NCBI GenBank assembly: GCA_964016885.1
Contig: OZ024747.1
Location: forward strand, 61,380,001 to 61,444,000
Direction: 5' to 3'
Source of the DNA: Eledone cirrhosa
Taxonomy: Eukaryota
Length of the DNA stretch: 64,000 bases
The notes beneath the pieces are model-generated. The model was not told the origin of the DNA. It did not search any database and saw only the letters and a program-made list of their open reading frames with translations. The position numbers and the translations under genes are program-made. Below are positions 42,029-55,286 of the stretch, piece by piece (the stretch's first letter is position 1; each line of letters opens with the position of its first letter).

Positions 42029-42450
42029 GGTGGTGGATTGGCAGTATTGGTAGAGCATCAGCCGTCATGCTTTGCAGCATAGAGTTATGGCCTTTTACGT
42101 TCTGAGTTCAAATCCTGCCGAGGTTAACTTGGCCTTTCATCCTTACGGGGTCGATGAAATAAAGCACCAGTAATGTACTGGGATAATTGCTGGCCCTGTG
42201 CCAAAAGAAGAAACAATTATATTAAATAATATTGGAGGATTGGCAGTAACAGTAGAGAGTCAAACAACATGCTTTGCAGCATAGAGTTGCGGCCCTTTAC
42301 GCCCTGTGTTCAAATCCCTCTTAGGTTAGCTTTGCCTTTCATCCTTACAGGGTCGATAAAATAAAGTACCAGTAATGCACTAGGGTCAATTTAATCGATT
42401 TTCCCCTCGCTGAAAATTGTAGGCCTTGTACCTAAATCAGAAACTATTAT
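42029..42450 (+). mobile_element. Two tandem Deu/Nin-like SINE copies
   Basis: Two A-box/B-box heads each followed by GCCTTTCATCCTTAC.GGGTCGAT.AAATAAAG.ACCAG. Confidence 0.8.
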
Positions 42451-42742
42451 ATTAAATAGTAAAGTTTTTACTTTAATACTATAAATTTCCACAATAATCT
42501 GTCTACAAGTAAAGATACTATGAATATTTGAATTAACAAACCCACTTTGAGATATTTTCTGTGAAACATTACAGGATATTTGTTAAAGTAACTGATTATA
42601 CATATATTCCCACTCAGGCATAGATTAGATCCTTTAGGGGTACAAAACATTAAAAACTCATATATAGTCTGCAAACATTCTTTTTTAATAAAATAGTCTC
42701 CCTGTTCCTTTGATGCCCTAAGAATGTGCTTATTTTTCTTAA

Positions 42743-42949
42743 CCCTTTAGCCTTTACATTACTCTATATTTACTATTATATTTTCGCAGTAAAGGCTTTA
42801 CCTCACATAATATTGAATCTATGAGATTTTATATTATTTATTTTGAGAACAATACCTTAATGTTGGTATGAGTGACCAGTTATGGCTGATTTCAACACAA
42901 GGAGGTGAGAGATTTCTGGCTGGATATGGCTAGTTTAAATGCTAAAGGG
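42743..42949. mobile_element. piggyBac-type MITE
   Basis: TTAA|CCCTTTAGC ... GCTAAAGGG. Confidence 0.75.
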
Positions 42950-43436
42950 TGAATCTAGTCTTGTTCGCACTGTTAACACCTCAACTCCAAGGAAAACTGG
43001 CTTATGTCTGTCAGTTACATAAATAAAAAAATTATATTTCATCAATGCTTGCATATTAGGCCAAATAAGAGAAGAAAAAATTAAATAGAGAAAGGAGGGA
43101 GTTGCACATTGAATCCAACCTGAGCCCTGTGGTGGACAAAATAGTGAAGCTATTGCTGTAGAGAACAGCTATAAACACTCACTGTGTCAGCCACCACACT
43201 ACCTTACAGTGCTGTTTCCTCAGGTGCAATGTACTCCTGATTTTGAGAGGGAAAATGGCAATTGTAAAGCTAGCTAAGTGTTATTTAACTTTGTAGCAAT
43301 TTAGAACCACATTGTCTGCCATTAACTGTCAATATCTGATATAAATTATTCAGTGGCTATAGATATATGAAACATGTATTACTCAACTAAACCATAGCAA
43401 TTACTTAATCAACCATTATAACATGACATGTGTGTT

Positions 43437-43483
<47 letters not shown>

Positions 43484-43552
43484 AAAGAGATGAAATCGAA
43501 AATGCAACTGGAGTCTTATTTTTTTTATAAAAATATATATATTTATTTGGTT

Positions 43553-43590
43553 CCTTTACCGGTTTCGCAGTTCTTCTGCTTTTCAAAAGG
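43553..43590 (-). ncRNA. Minimal hammerhead ribozyme with U3-A8 core variant (type G), in a 150-bp insert between (TA)n tracts
   Basis: CCTT TTGAAAA GCAG-AAGAA-CTGC GAAA CCGG TA AAGG, then AATAAA. Confidence 0.7.
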
Positions 43591-43623
43591 TGGGTTGAGA
43601 TGGAGGGTCTGTGGTTTTTCTCA

Positions 43624-43657
<34 letters not shown>

Positions 43658-43662
<5 letters not shown>

Positions 43663-43852
43663 AAAAAGTATGACCCCGACGGCAGAGTTCAAGCTGTTTC
43701 GACGGCTATTTCTGAGTCCAGAAATAGCCGTCGAAACAGCTTGACCTCTGCTGTCGGAGTCATACTTTTTCCTATTTCCCACTCTACTACCCAAGTATTG
43801 AGTACTCTGGTGCATTATGGTCCATCTGGTTCCTTACCACAATTCCTTTGTT
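43658..43852 (+). mobile_element. (TA)n-embedded fold-back element, type C
   Basis: Hairpin 43658-43774 plus tail with TTGAGTAC. Confidence 0.75.
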
Positions 43853-44569
43853 ATATATATATATATATTTATATAACTATGTATATGAAGTATGTGAATT
43901 TGTATATCTGGTGATATACAGTATGTTTCTAAATAAACATGTTGAAAGCCTTCAACTATGAATTTGGAAACTGCCATCTAGCAGATTCCAGCAGAAGCTA
44001 AGGATAGGTAACTAGCGACAATGACGTCATCATTTCTGACTCTGGTTGTTATCAAGCTAGTGTTCCTGACACTGTTCTCAGCTGGAACTCAATATAGGCA
44101 AAAACATATAGTCTAGACGCCTATGTACCTGGGCTGATTAGCCTCATTTGCATATAGAGCTCCTGGCTTGCTTGGCCGAAAAATAATATTAAGGTATTAG
44201 CTCTAACATAGCTGTGTATATGAAATATATATATATGCACATACACATATATACATACACATACATACTCACACTCACGCATGCATACACACCTACACAC
44301 ACCTTCACACTCACGCACATACACATATACACATACATATCACAGACAAGCACACACACACACACACACACACAAACAAACACACACATGTTTTAAATCA
44401 GTACTATTTACTATCTATATTCCTATTCAATATTACTATATGATGTTCCCATAACCAAACCATGCTACAGATATCAACTGATGTTTTAGAATTGATTTTC
44501 GTGTCCAAATATTCTGACCTTTGACCTCTCATCTACTTACTTTCTAATTCTCATATATCCACAATTATT

Positions 44570-45014
44570 CTTCAGATATTCTCAAAAAGCTTTCTCATCG
44601 ATCACCAATCCCTCACTTCCATTGTTTGTTGCTCCTCTCTTCAAGTTTACTCTAACTCATTCTACTACACATTCTTTCTGTGTGTGAGCAAGGCAAGAAT
44701 TATCATAAGACTACCTAGGTAGCTACCAGGTTGTAGACCACAGAGTAACATGATACTGAAGCTTAAAGCAGTCATGGGAAAACTGTTCAGATATTTTCAA
44801 AAAACTTTCTCATCAATCACCAGTCCCTAGCTTCCATTATCTGTTGCTCCTCTCTATACTCTTCTAGTTTACTGCAACTCATTTTACTACACATATTTTT
44901 CTGTGTGTGAGCAGGGCCAACAGGGCCAGCATTACCATCAATGAGGTAGCCACCTAGATTGTAGACCACAGTGGAATATATTACTGAAGTTTAAAGCAGT
45001 CATGGGCAAACTGT
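44570..45014. repeat. Diverged direct duplication of about 220 bp
   Basis: TTCAGATATT..AAAA.CTTTCTCATC ... AAAGCAGTCATGGG.AAACTG occurs twice. Confidence 0.8.
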
Positions 45015-45158
45015 GGCCCGAGGGCCATATGTGGCCTGTTTGGCTTTCTGAATGACACGCCTAATTTCAAAATGGCCTTGAATTTTTTTTAGTAGTGTGG
45101 AAACACCTTATGACACATCCTATACGGCTCACTGCGCGAAAAAGGTTGCCCATGACTG
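44997..45158. mobile_element. hAT (Charlie-like) MITE
   Basis: 13-bp TIRs CAGTCATGGGCAA / TTGCCCATGACTG. Confidence 0.75.
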
Positions 45159-45162
45159 GCTT

Positions 45163-45504
45163 AACACCCTAACACAAAGCCACATGATTCTAACACCCTA
45201 ACCACTAAGCCACATGACTCCAACACCCTAACCACTAAGCTGCAGGAACCTAACACCCAACACCCTAACCACTAAGCCACATGACTCCAACACCCCAACA
45301 CCCTAACCACTAAGCTGCATGAGCCCAACACCCAACACCCTAACCACTAAGCCACATGACTCCAACACCGTAACCACTAAGCGACATGAGACCAACACTC
45401 CAACCCCCTAACCACAAAGTGACACGAGGCCACATGCGTCTAACACCCTAACCATTAAGCCACATGAGTCCAGCATCACAACACCCTAACCACTAAGCCA
45501 CATG
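45163..45504 (-). repeat. Irregular 30-38 bp tandem array of SINE 5' heads (Pol III A-box)
   Basis: Minus strand unit GGAGTCATGTGGCTTAGTGGTTAGGGTGTT, compare S1 head GGAGGCACATGGCTTAGTGGTTAGAG. Confidence 0.8.
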
Positions 45505-45589
45505 TCTTTCCTAGCACTGAAGACTAGATGAAAATCTACAGAAACAACAACATACTCTCAATCAAACAATGAAGAATCTAAACTATAAT

Positions 45590-45800
45590 AAAGTAAGAAG
45601 CGCGGGATTGCGTACGGTTTGTAATTTTTTATCTCGTTTGTGAAATAAGTTGGATTACTTTGAATAAATAATGAATGAATATTACATAATTTATCTACTA
45701 AATATCGTGGCTGTTCATTAAATATATTTTATTACTTATTTAAAAATTCACTTCTTTAAAAGTTTCAAATGTCAACACTTCCGGGGGCGATCGTTTAAAT
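45590..45800. promoter_or_regulatory. Possible promoter-like patch
   Basis: Local CpG cluster (GCGCGGGATTGCGTACGG; CCGGGGGCGATCG) and ETS-type CACTTCCGG at 45776-45784 in CpG-poor surroundings. Confidence 0.25.
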
Positions 45801-46063
45801 AAATATTCATATATTTCTGTCACTAATTTTCTCCTAATGCAGTTTATATATAATATCGTCTTTTTTTAATGTGTCATGGATTACATTACTGATTACATAA
45901 GACAGTGTAACACAGTCTTTGTTCAATTTCTGTGTATATTGTCAATTACGATTTTATTTGATGTATCATATCTACATGTATATATATACTTGCGTATAAT
46001 ATCAATATACACACTACACAGGGTTATTTTTTCTACGACGGGTTATACAAACAAGAAGAATTA

Positions 46064-46290
46064 ATATAGAGTTATATAGATATAGAGTTGTAGATATATA
46101 GAATTATATGATATAGAGTTATATAGATATCGAGTTGTATAGATATAGAATTATATGATATAGAGTTATATAGATATCGAGTTGTATAGATATAGAATTA
46201 TATGATATAGAGTTATATAGATATCGAGTTGTATAGATATAGAATTATATGATATAGAGTTATATACAGTTATATAGATATATAGATATA
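46064..46290. repeat. 47-bp AT-rich tandem repeat built of about 16-bp subunits
   Basis: TATAGAGTTATATAGATATCGAGTTGTATAGATATAGAATTATATGA repeated. Confidence 0.85.
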
Positions 46291-47731
46291 GAAAAACAAA
46301 ACAAAGACATTTCGTTTGCTGCAACAAGAGGAATGTAAAACGATGTTAGTTTGTTAGTTATCTTAAAGAACGATGACATTGATTGAGATAATAAGGACTC
46401 CATGGTAGACAATCGGGGGTTCCCAATTATCCAAGCAAGTGTAAGACATTGAAGACAAGGATTTAAGCAAAAATTCAGACATTTTATTGCTACTTAGTTG
46501 GCTTTTCTCGTTTATTGGATTAAATTCTCTGGCAGCAAAATGGTAAGGCAGCTTATCTGGGATGGAACTGGTAATGTTAATCTTAGTGTGTGTGTGTAAA
46601 TATGTGTATATATGTGTGTGTATGTATGTATGTGTAAATGTGTGTATGTGGCTGTGTTTATATGTCTGTGTAACTATCTGTGTGTGATTGTTTACTGGCT
46701 TATATATGTGTGTGTGTGTATGTGTCTGTATGATTGTGTATATGTGTGTGAGAGACTGCATATATGATTGTATATGTGTGACTGTATATGTATGACTATA
46801 TATATGTGTGTATGTACATGTGTGTGTATGTATGCATGAATACATGTGTGACTGCGTGAGTGCATGAATACGTATGTGTATGTGTGTAATGGAGTTGAGT
46901 TTTGTTGTGAGGGTTAAATGGATGTATACTTCTCTTAAGAGATTTTAGCTTATGGCAAGATCTAAAGGAATGAGATGAACTTTATAGGTCAAAGAGTGCA
47001 GTGTTTTAAACACTGTTTTAGTCAGTTTATTTACAGAATGTGGTGTAGGTGTGGGAGTGATAAAGTAGGGGTAATCTCCCAAAGGCTTCGATCTATCAAC
47101 TAGTTTTAGCCTGTTGGTTGAAACCAATTTACTCCGCTATGTCACCAAGTGGTTAGAATGTTGAACTCAAGATTATAAGGTTATAGCTTCGATTTCTGGA
47201 CTGGGTGGTGTGTTGTGACCTTGAGCAAGACATTTTATTTTTGACATTGCTCCAGTTCATTCATTTGAAAAACAAAACAAGTACCAACATCAGCTGAGGG
47301 TGAGCCCTATGGCAGACAAGTGACTCTTCCGGAGAGGAGAGTATTGTACTCTCAGTTGCTTAACACCAAGGAAAGCAGATTATACTGCATCCAGTTGAGC
47401 TTCTAGACTCAAGAGAGACATTGTTACATACTTTGAGAGAGAGAGTGAAGGGGGAAATGACCTTTCTCTCATTCCTCACCTCCTCAAGGTCCATTGCTAT
47501 GCTTTGGTTCTGCGGGGCAGCTTCAAAACATTCTATATAGCCACTCTTTCACCATGAACATATTTCTGGATTTTTTTTTATAAACTCTACTTTCTACACA
47601 CACACACACACGCACACACACCTTGGCAATTCTGAGTGTGAAAAAATATTTCCAAAAGTTATGGGAGCTGTGTTGCACCCTAACCACTGGACCACATACC
47701 TTTACCAGTAACATAGAATTTGAACTATTAA

Positions 47732-47952
47732 CCCTTTAGCAGTTATATTACTCTATATTTACTACCATATTTTCATGGTAAAGGTTTTATTCCACATAAC
47801 TATTTCACATAATATTGAATCTATGGGATTTTCATATTATTTATTTTGAGAACAATAACTTAACATCAGTATGAATGGCCAGTTACAGCCAGTTTCAACA
47901 GAAAATGGTGAGAGAATTCTAGTTGAATATGGCCGGTTTAAATGCTAGAGGG
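47732..47952. mobile_element. piggyBac-type MITE
   Basis: TTAA|CCCTTTAGCA ... TGCTAGAGGG|TTAA. Confidence 0.8.
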
Positions 47953-48191
47953 TTAAACCAAAAACCCTAACCACTGGACTACATACCTTCACCAGTAGCG
48001 TAAGTTGTGAACTACTATATCACCCTAACCACTGGACCACATACCTTCATCAAGCTAACTTTGATATGTAAAATTGGGAGGGTTTGCTGTGTATTCTAAT
48101 TTTTTGTATAGAGGAGGTCCCCAAACCTGAAGTGCTTCGGGGCCCCCAAGGTCTAAATCCAACTCTGCAGGTTGATCTATTAAACCAAATA

Positions 48192-49094
48192 CCCTAACCC
48201 CCTAGACCACATACCTTCACCAGTAGCGTACCACCCTAACCACTGGACCACATACCTTCACCAGTAACATACCACCCTAACACCTGGACCACATACCTTC
48301 ACCAGTAGCGTACCACCCTAACCACTGGACCACATACCTTCACCAGTAACATACCACCCTAACACCTGGACAGACATACCTTCACCAGTAACATACCACC
48401 CTAACCACTGGACAGACATACCTTCACCAGTAACATACCACCCTAACACCTGGACAGACATACCTTCACCAGTAACATACCACCCTAACACCTGGACCAC
48501 ATACCTTCACCAGTAGCGTACCACCCTAACCACTGGACCACATACCTTCACCAGTAACATACCACCCTAACACCTGGACAGACATACCTTCACCAGTAAC
48601 ATACCACCCTAACCACTGGACAGACATACCTTCACCAGTAACATACCACCCTAACACCTGGACAGACATACCTTCACCAGTAGCGTACCACCCTAACACC
48701 TGGACCACATACCTTCACCAGTAGCGTACCACCCTAACCACTGGACCACATACCTTCACCAGTAATATACCACCCTAACACCTGGACAGACATACCTTCA
48801 CCAGTAATATACCACCCTAACACCTGGACAGACATACCTTCACCAGTAATATACCACCCTAACACCTGGACCACATACCTTCACCAGTAGCGTACCACCC
48901 TAACCACTGGACCACATACCTTCACCAGTAATATACCACCCTAACACCTGGACAGACATACCTTCACCAGTAGCGTACCACCCTAACCACTGGACCACAT
49001 ACCTTCACCAGTAACATACCACCCTAACACCTGGACAGACATACCTTCACCAGTAACAAACCACCCTAACTACTGGACCACATACCTTCACCAT
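48192..49094 (-). repeat. 41/42-bp minisatellite, about 22 copies, containing a SINE 5' head/A-box
   Basis: Unit CCCTAACCACTGGACCACATACCTTCACCAGTAACATACCA; minus strand GAAGGTATGTGGTCCAGTGGTTAGGGTG; dispersed monomers at about 47676, 47965, 48021. Confidence 0.9.
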
Positions 49095-49407
49095 AGGATG
49101 TGAACTATAAACCCTTTAAGCATTTCACTGACAGACTTAACAACTCTGCATCAAATTCAATAAACATTTCCATATGTTCTTGTAATCTAGACAGAAAGAT
49201 CTGTTCTCTTTCAACACTATCATCTTACAGTGAAACCATTCTAATGTCTTTTAAAAACAGGATATTACTCTTTTAATCTAACATTCTCCACTAACTTTAA
49301 CTATTTATTATTTTCTGTCTGAGATCTGATCCTATGGCAGAAAATAATCCACCTTTCCTTCTCCATCTACAATGTATACCACCCCCTCTGTCTGCCTGTC
49401 TCTCTGT

Positions 49408-49486
<79 letters not shown>

Positions 49487-49488
<2 letters not shown>

Positions 49489-49685
49489 GAAGGAAATGTG
49501 GTAAGGAACCAGATGGACCATAACGCACCAAAGTTCTCAATACTTGGGGTAGTAGAGTGGGTAATAGGAATGAGTAGGACCCCGACGGCTGAGCTCAAGC
49601 CGTTTCGACGGCTAATTTTGGCTAATTTTAGTCCAGAATTAGCCGTCGAAACGGCTTGAGCTCAGCCGTCGGGGTCCTACTCATT

Positions 49686-49690
<5 letters not shown>
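49487..49690 (-). mobile_element. (TA)n-embedded fold-back element, type C
   Basis: Hairpin 49564-49690 plus tail. Confidence 0.75.
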
Positions 49691-49727
<37 letters not shown>

Positions 49728-49787
49728 CATATATATGTGTGTGTGTATATATATACATATATATATATACACACACACATATATATA

Positions 49788-49825
<38 letters not shown>

Positions 49826-50329
49826 CAAACACACCTATAAATATATATATATATATACACACCTTCCAATTTACCCCACCACCACCACCACCATCAATTG
49901 GTCAGTGTCGTATCTCTGTTTAAATGAAAAAGATATCATGACAATCCCGAAGATTATATTCCATTCTGTAATTCCTTGTCACCTCATATTTCACATAATT
50001 CCACTAATATTTCATGTGTCCATGGAACTGCCTGCTAAAATAAATTATCTGTGTGACATTAGCAACAAAGTAGATTGCAACCTTTCCCGCTACACCGTAT
50101 CATACCCACCACCCCACATATTCTTTGATTTAATTAGACACACATATACACCCACAAAAAATAACACATGTATATATACATATATATATACACACACACA
50201 TTCTTGCATACACACACACACACACATTCACACACTCATGAACACACACACGCATTCACACACACACACAAACACTTATACACACATACACAATACTCAT
50301 ACACATACACATACACACTCATTCATACA

Positions 50330-50364
<35 letters not shown>

Positions 50365-51564
50365 ATACATACATAGATACACACTCATTCATACACGCCC
50401 TCATACACACATTCATACACCATTCATACACACATACACCCACTCATTCACACACACATACAATACTCACACACATACACAATACTCATACACATACACA
50501 GACTCATTCATACACACCCACATACACACACACACACATATATATACACACTCATTCATACACACCCACATACACACATACACACCTACATACACACACA
50601 CACACATATATATACACACATTCATACACGCCCACATACACACATACACACCCACATACACACACACACACACATATATACACACACTCATTCATACACA
50701 CCCACATACACACCTACATACACACACACACACATATATATATACACACTCATTCATACACGCCCTCATACACACATACTCATACACACACACACATACA
50801 GACACACACACACTCATTCTCACACACACACACACACACGTTTTTATCAATTTCATTCATTTTATTTTTAAAAACCAATGTCTTCAAATTTCCTCTATTT
50901 CCTCGTATCAATTATATCAATTTCAATTTGTATGATAATTACTTTTGAAAATATCCTCATTATTCTCATCATCATCATCGCCATTATCATCTTTGTTGTC
51001 ATCATCATCACCATCATCACCACTATCACCATCATCACCATGACTGTTGCCATGATCATCATCACCACCACCACAACCACTACCACCACCACCACCACCC
51101 CAACCCTCATCATCACCACCACCACCACCACCACCCCAAACCCTCGTCATCACCACAACCCTCATCACCCCCACCCCCACTCCTCATCATCACCACCACC
51201 ACCACCCCAAACCCTCATCACCACCACCAACACTCCAACCATTATCACCACCACCACCACCCCAACCATTATCAGCACCATATCCACCACCACCACCACC
51301 ACCACCTCCTCTACTACCAAGCCCTCACAATCAGCATCATCATCATATCCATCATTATCATCATCATCATATCCATCATTATCATCATCATCATATCCAT
51401 CATTATCATCATCATCATCATTATCAACATCACTATCACTACCATCATCACCATCACTGCTCCTATGATCATCATCACTACCATATCCACTGCCCTCACA
51501 ACCAGCATCATTATCACCATCACCATCAAGTAGACCATCATCATCCACTGCCAACACCAACACC

Positions 51565-51896
51565 GCAACCATCTGCGAGCCACACAAATGTCGTTGCGGA
51601 TCCACCGTGGACTCTTTCAGCCTCCACCTGCTTTCTTGCCACCACAGTGCTGGCCGCATTCCACACCATGCTGCCCTCAACGAGGTCATAAAGCATGGCT
51701 TGGATGCTGCAGGCTTCCCCTCCCAGCTCAAGCCAGTGGAGTTGGACTGAGGGGACGACAAAAGGCGGAACGGGAAGATGGCATGACCATCTTCCTGTTC
51801 CGCGGAGGTAAACCCCTCATCTGGGATGCCACTTGCAATGACACATTCTACAGCTGCAACCTGGTACAACCTGCAACTAACCGAGGTTCAGCTGCA
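51565..51896 (+). mobile_element. Decayed CRE-type LINE fragment: CCHC zinc knuckle and restriction-like endonuclease
   Basis: ICEPHKCRCGSTVDSFSLHLLSCHHSAGRIPHHAALNEVIK..D*GDDKR then DGMTIFLFRGGKPLIWDATCNDTF. Confidence 0.85.
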
Positions 51897-52324
51897 CCAC
51901 CACACTGCTTTCACAACCATCATCATTATCATCAACACTATCATCAGCAGAACTGCCTCCCTCGCCCAGAGCATTGCTCCCATGTCCATCATCATATATC
52001 CACCACCACCACCAACATCAACACCATCCTTACCATCATCATCAGTAAGTTAACTGAAGCAATAAAGCCCCCTGATTAAAAGCCTACTAATATGTGATCC
52101 TCCTTTGTCAATGTTCTGACTTGAAACCCTGCTGTTGTGGTTTATTTACCACTTACTTCTCCATAAAAAAAATCATTATCATCACCACCATTTTATGTCT
52201 GTTTTCTATGCTAGCATGGGTTGGATAGGTTGTTATATTCTAAGACTAGGAAGGACAGATAAAACAATCTTTGCTCATACATTACATTTTTGGCATGATT
52301 TCTACAGCTGGATGTCTCTCCACC

Positions 52325-53150
52325 ACCATTTACTGTCCATTTTTCCATGCTAGCATGTTAGACAAGCTGTCCTATTGTGAGATAGACCAGGTCATGTAAC
52401 CAAGTCTTGCTCACACAGAACTGATTTTGGCTTCATTTCTACAGCTGGATGCTCTTTCTAACGTAAATAACATTTACAGTGAGTACTTGGTACTTTTTGT
52501 TGTCACCTACACAACCACTTTATAGTATGGGCTGGATGCTTTTTGTTGTGTCACCTACACGACCACTTTATAGTATGGGCTGGATGCTTTTTTGTTGTGT
52601 CACCTACACAACCACTTTATAGTATGGGCTGGATGCTTTCTGTTATGTCACCTACACGACCACTTTATAGTATGGGCTGGATGCTTTCTGTTATGTCACC
52701 TACACGACCACTTTATAGTATGGGCTGGATGCTTTCTGTTGTGTCACCTACACGACCACTTTATACTGTGGGCTGGATGCTTTTTGTTGTGTCACCTACA
52801 CGACCACTTTATAGTATGGGCTGGATGCTTTCTGTTATGTCACCTACACGACCACTTTATAGTATGGGCTGGATGCTTTCTGTTGTGTCACCTACACGAC
52901 CACTTTATACTGTGGGCTGGATGCTTTTTGTTGTGTCACCTACACGACCACTTTATAGTATGGGCTGGATGCTTTTTGTTGTGTCACCTACACGACCACT
53001 TTATAGTATGGGCTGGATGCTTTTTGTTGTGTCACCTACACGACCACTTTATAGTATGGGCTGGATGCTTTTTGTCATGACATCTACACAACCACTTTAC
53101 AGTGTGAGCTGGGTGCTTGTGCTTATGTCACCATCACAACCACTTTTTCA
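52325..53150 (-). repeat. S1-related SINE 3' half with internal 48-bp module amplified about 12-fold (about 52495-53150)
   Basis: Unit TTTGTTGTGTCACCTACACGACCACTTTATAGTATGGGCTGGATGCTT matches S1 GCTGGGTGCTTTTT..TGGCACCTCCACGACCACTTTACAGT. Confidence 0.85.
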
Positions 53151-54211
53151 AAGTAGGCTGGGGACTTTGGTGCGAGAGGTGTGTGGGTATTGGGGACATT
53201 GGTATATATATGTATGTGAGGGATGGTGGGGGAGAGGAAGAATGGGATGGTTAAAACTGAAACATCTTAGTTATCTCCAATTTTTTTTCTAAGAGAAAGT
53301 TTGATGCTTTGAGCAAAAATACTTTGCTACTGTGTGGCAACATTTCAAAGCTGCTGAGCCAGAAACCTTTTATATATATGGCACCACCAATACAGTGACT
53401 TCACAGCTACACAGCTAAGAGGGAATACTGGTCATAGGTCTTCTGGACTAGAACTGTCCTCAGGCTAAATAATAACAACATTCATTTTGTGTATATAGTT
53501 TGGTTGTTGAAGATTGCTTCAGGGTTAAAATCTAAATTAATTGGTTACATAGACAGAAATAGGTGTTATAACATACGTTGTGAGGTGTAATATAAATTTA
53601 ACTTTCTAATTGCTTTTTGACAAAACTACATGGTACTCTGTATATAAGTAAATATTTACAAGGTGTGTAATATGTGAATGAGAACACAGCCACACATCTC
53701 AAACATATCTCACCTAAGGAAACATTAACATTCTCTATTACACAATCTTATTAACAACCAACACAGAAACACTACATATGTTTACATACACAAAATTAAA
53801 TGCCATAACTAATGAAAAATCTGTCTCTATTCATTATATTTTTTAATAAGAATATGTAAAACTAATCTATATTAAATGTTTTTCTGGATTTTTTTCTTTT
53901 TCATTAAAAAGTGTCTCATTATTTTAAAACTATTTCTATATTTTAATTAAAATTTTTATATAAATGGTTTTTCAAATTCACTAGTGACGTTGGCACATTC
54001 GAACAATAATGTATAATTGATTTTTTTTTTATTTCAGCTAATGAGGGGTCTTCTTTGGGTCACTTAACTTTCTAGAAATAACAGTTAAATCTCTCTTAAA
54101 TCACATGCTACAATCTAAAGAAAAGAATGGCTCTTTATATGTATTCTTATATACTCTATGCCTAGAAAAAAAATGGGATGGTTACAACTGAAATATCTTG
54201 AACCAGAGATA

Positions 54212-54598
54212 ACATGTCTTCTGGGCCAGAGTTTAACTTGGGCTAAATTATATGTCTTCAGGCCTAGAGATGACCTTGGGCTAAATTACGTCTTCTGGTC
54301 TAGAAATAACCTTGGGCTAAATTACATGTCTTCTGGTCTAGAGCTGACCTTGGGCTAAATTACATCTCTTCTGGCCTAGAGATGACCTTGGGCTGAATTA
54401 CATGTCTTCTGGTCTAGAGATGACCTTGGGCTAAAATACATGTCTTCTGGTCTAGAGATGACCTTGGGCTAAATTACATGTCTTCTGGCCTAGAGATGAC
54501 CTTGGGCTAAAGTACATGTCTTCTGGCCTAGAGATGACCTTGGGCTAAAGTACATGTCTTCTGGCCTAGAGATGACCTTGGGCTAAATTATATGTCTT
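54212..54598. repeat. 38-bp minisatellite, about 10 copies
   Basis: Unit CATGTCTTCTGGCCTAGAGATGACCTTGGGCTAAATTA; related monomer at about 53433-53472. Confidence 0.9.
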
Positions 54599-54651
54599 TC
54601 AGAGAAAGTTGGAAAGTGAGAGAGAAGTGAGAAAGAGATACAGATGCAAGA

Positions 54652-54794
54652 TTGACCCCAGTACTAGACTGGTACATTTTTCAACGACCTTAAAAGAATG
54701 AAAGGCAAAATTGGCTTCAGTAGGATTTGAACTCAGAGAATAGAGAGCCAGAACATTCTATCAGATGTTCTAAGAACTCTGCCAATTTTCCACC
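54652..54794 (-). mobile_element. Degenerate Deu/Nin-like SINE
   Basis: GAATGAAAGGCAAAATTGGCTTCAGTAGGATTTGAACTCAG. Confidence 0.6.
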
Positions 54795-55211
54795 CATATA
54801 CATACTTATGCATACAAGCAGGGTCTCGTTTGCCTTAAACATATGAGGGGGGCAAACCAACAGTTTGATAAACAATGTATTGTTTATTTATCTATATTCA
54901 CTTAATGAGATAAATACATAGAAAAATGTTATACAATTCTCATTCAAATTATTGATGAGTTGGTCTTTTTTAATTTTTAGTAAATAAATGTAAATATTGA
55001 ACGAACAAAATTCAATACTGATTGCAACTTAGGATCTATATATATTTATATAAATATATGCGCCTAAATAAACATGTAAAAATATGTATTATACATATGT
55101 ATAACTTGTTAGTGGGATTTTCTTTGTTTTTTAATTGGGAAAAAGTAGGGGGGACAAAAGATGGTTTGTCCTCCGTTCATCAGAATGAAATTTTATTTAA
55201 TATTAAATAAA

Positions 55212-55286
55212 ATTTCATTCTGATGAGCGAATTCAGATGTCTATGTCGAGCTTGTCTGTCTTTGTGAAACCTTTGGTAAATGGAAT
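55212..55286 (+). ncRNA. Minimal type-I hammerhead ribozyme (type H) preceded by a 56-bp palindrome
   Basis: ATTTCATT CTGATGA GCGAA..CAGATG/TGTCTG..TTTGT GAAA CC-TTT-GG TA AATGGAAT; palindrome 55174-55229; (TA)n at about 55318. Confidence 0.8.

Noticed and set aside
44021-44116. Short plus-strand ORF with signal-peptide-like start (MTSSFLTLVVIKLVFLTLFSAG) overlapping TGACGTCA
   Set aside because: About 31 codons, no splice donor or other support
44528-44580. Minus-strand CTGAAGA..GAAA..TA hammerhead-like string
   Set aside because: Stem I and helix III do not pair in register; not in a (TA)n insert
45517-45540. CTGAAGA-CTAGAT-GAAA-ATC-TA
   Set aside because: No stem II or stem I; expected by chance
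48192-49094. CRISPR array or interstitial telomere
   Set aside because: No unique spacers, no cas genes, eukaryotic context; only one CCCTAA per unit
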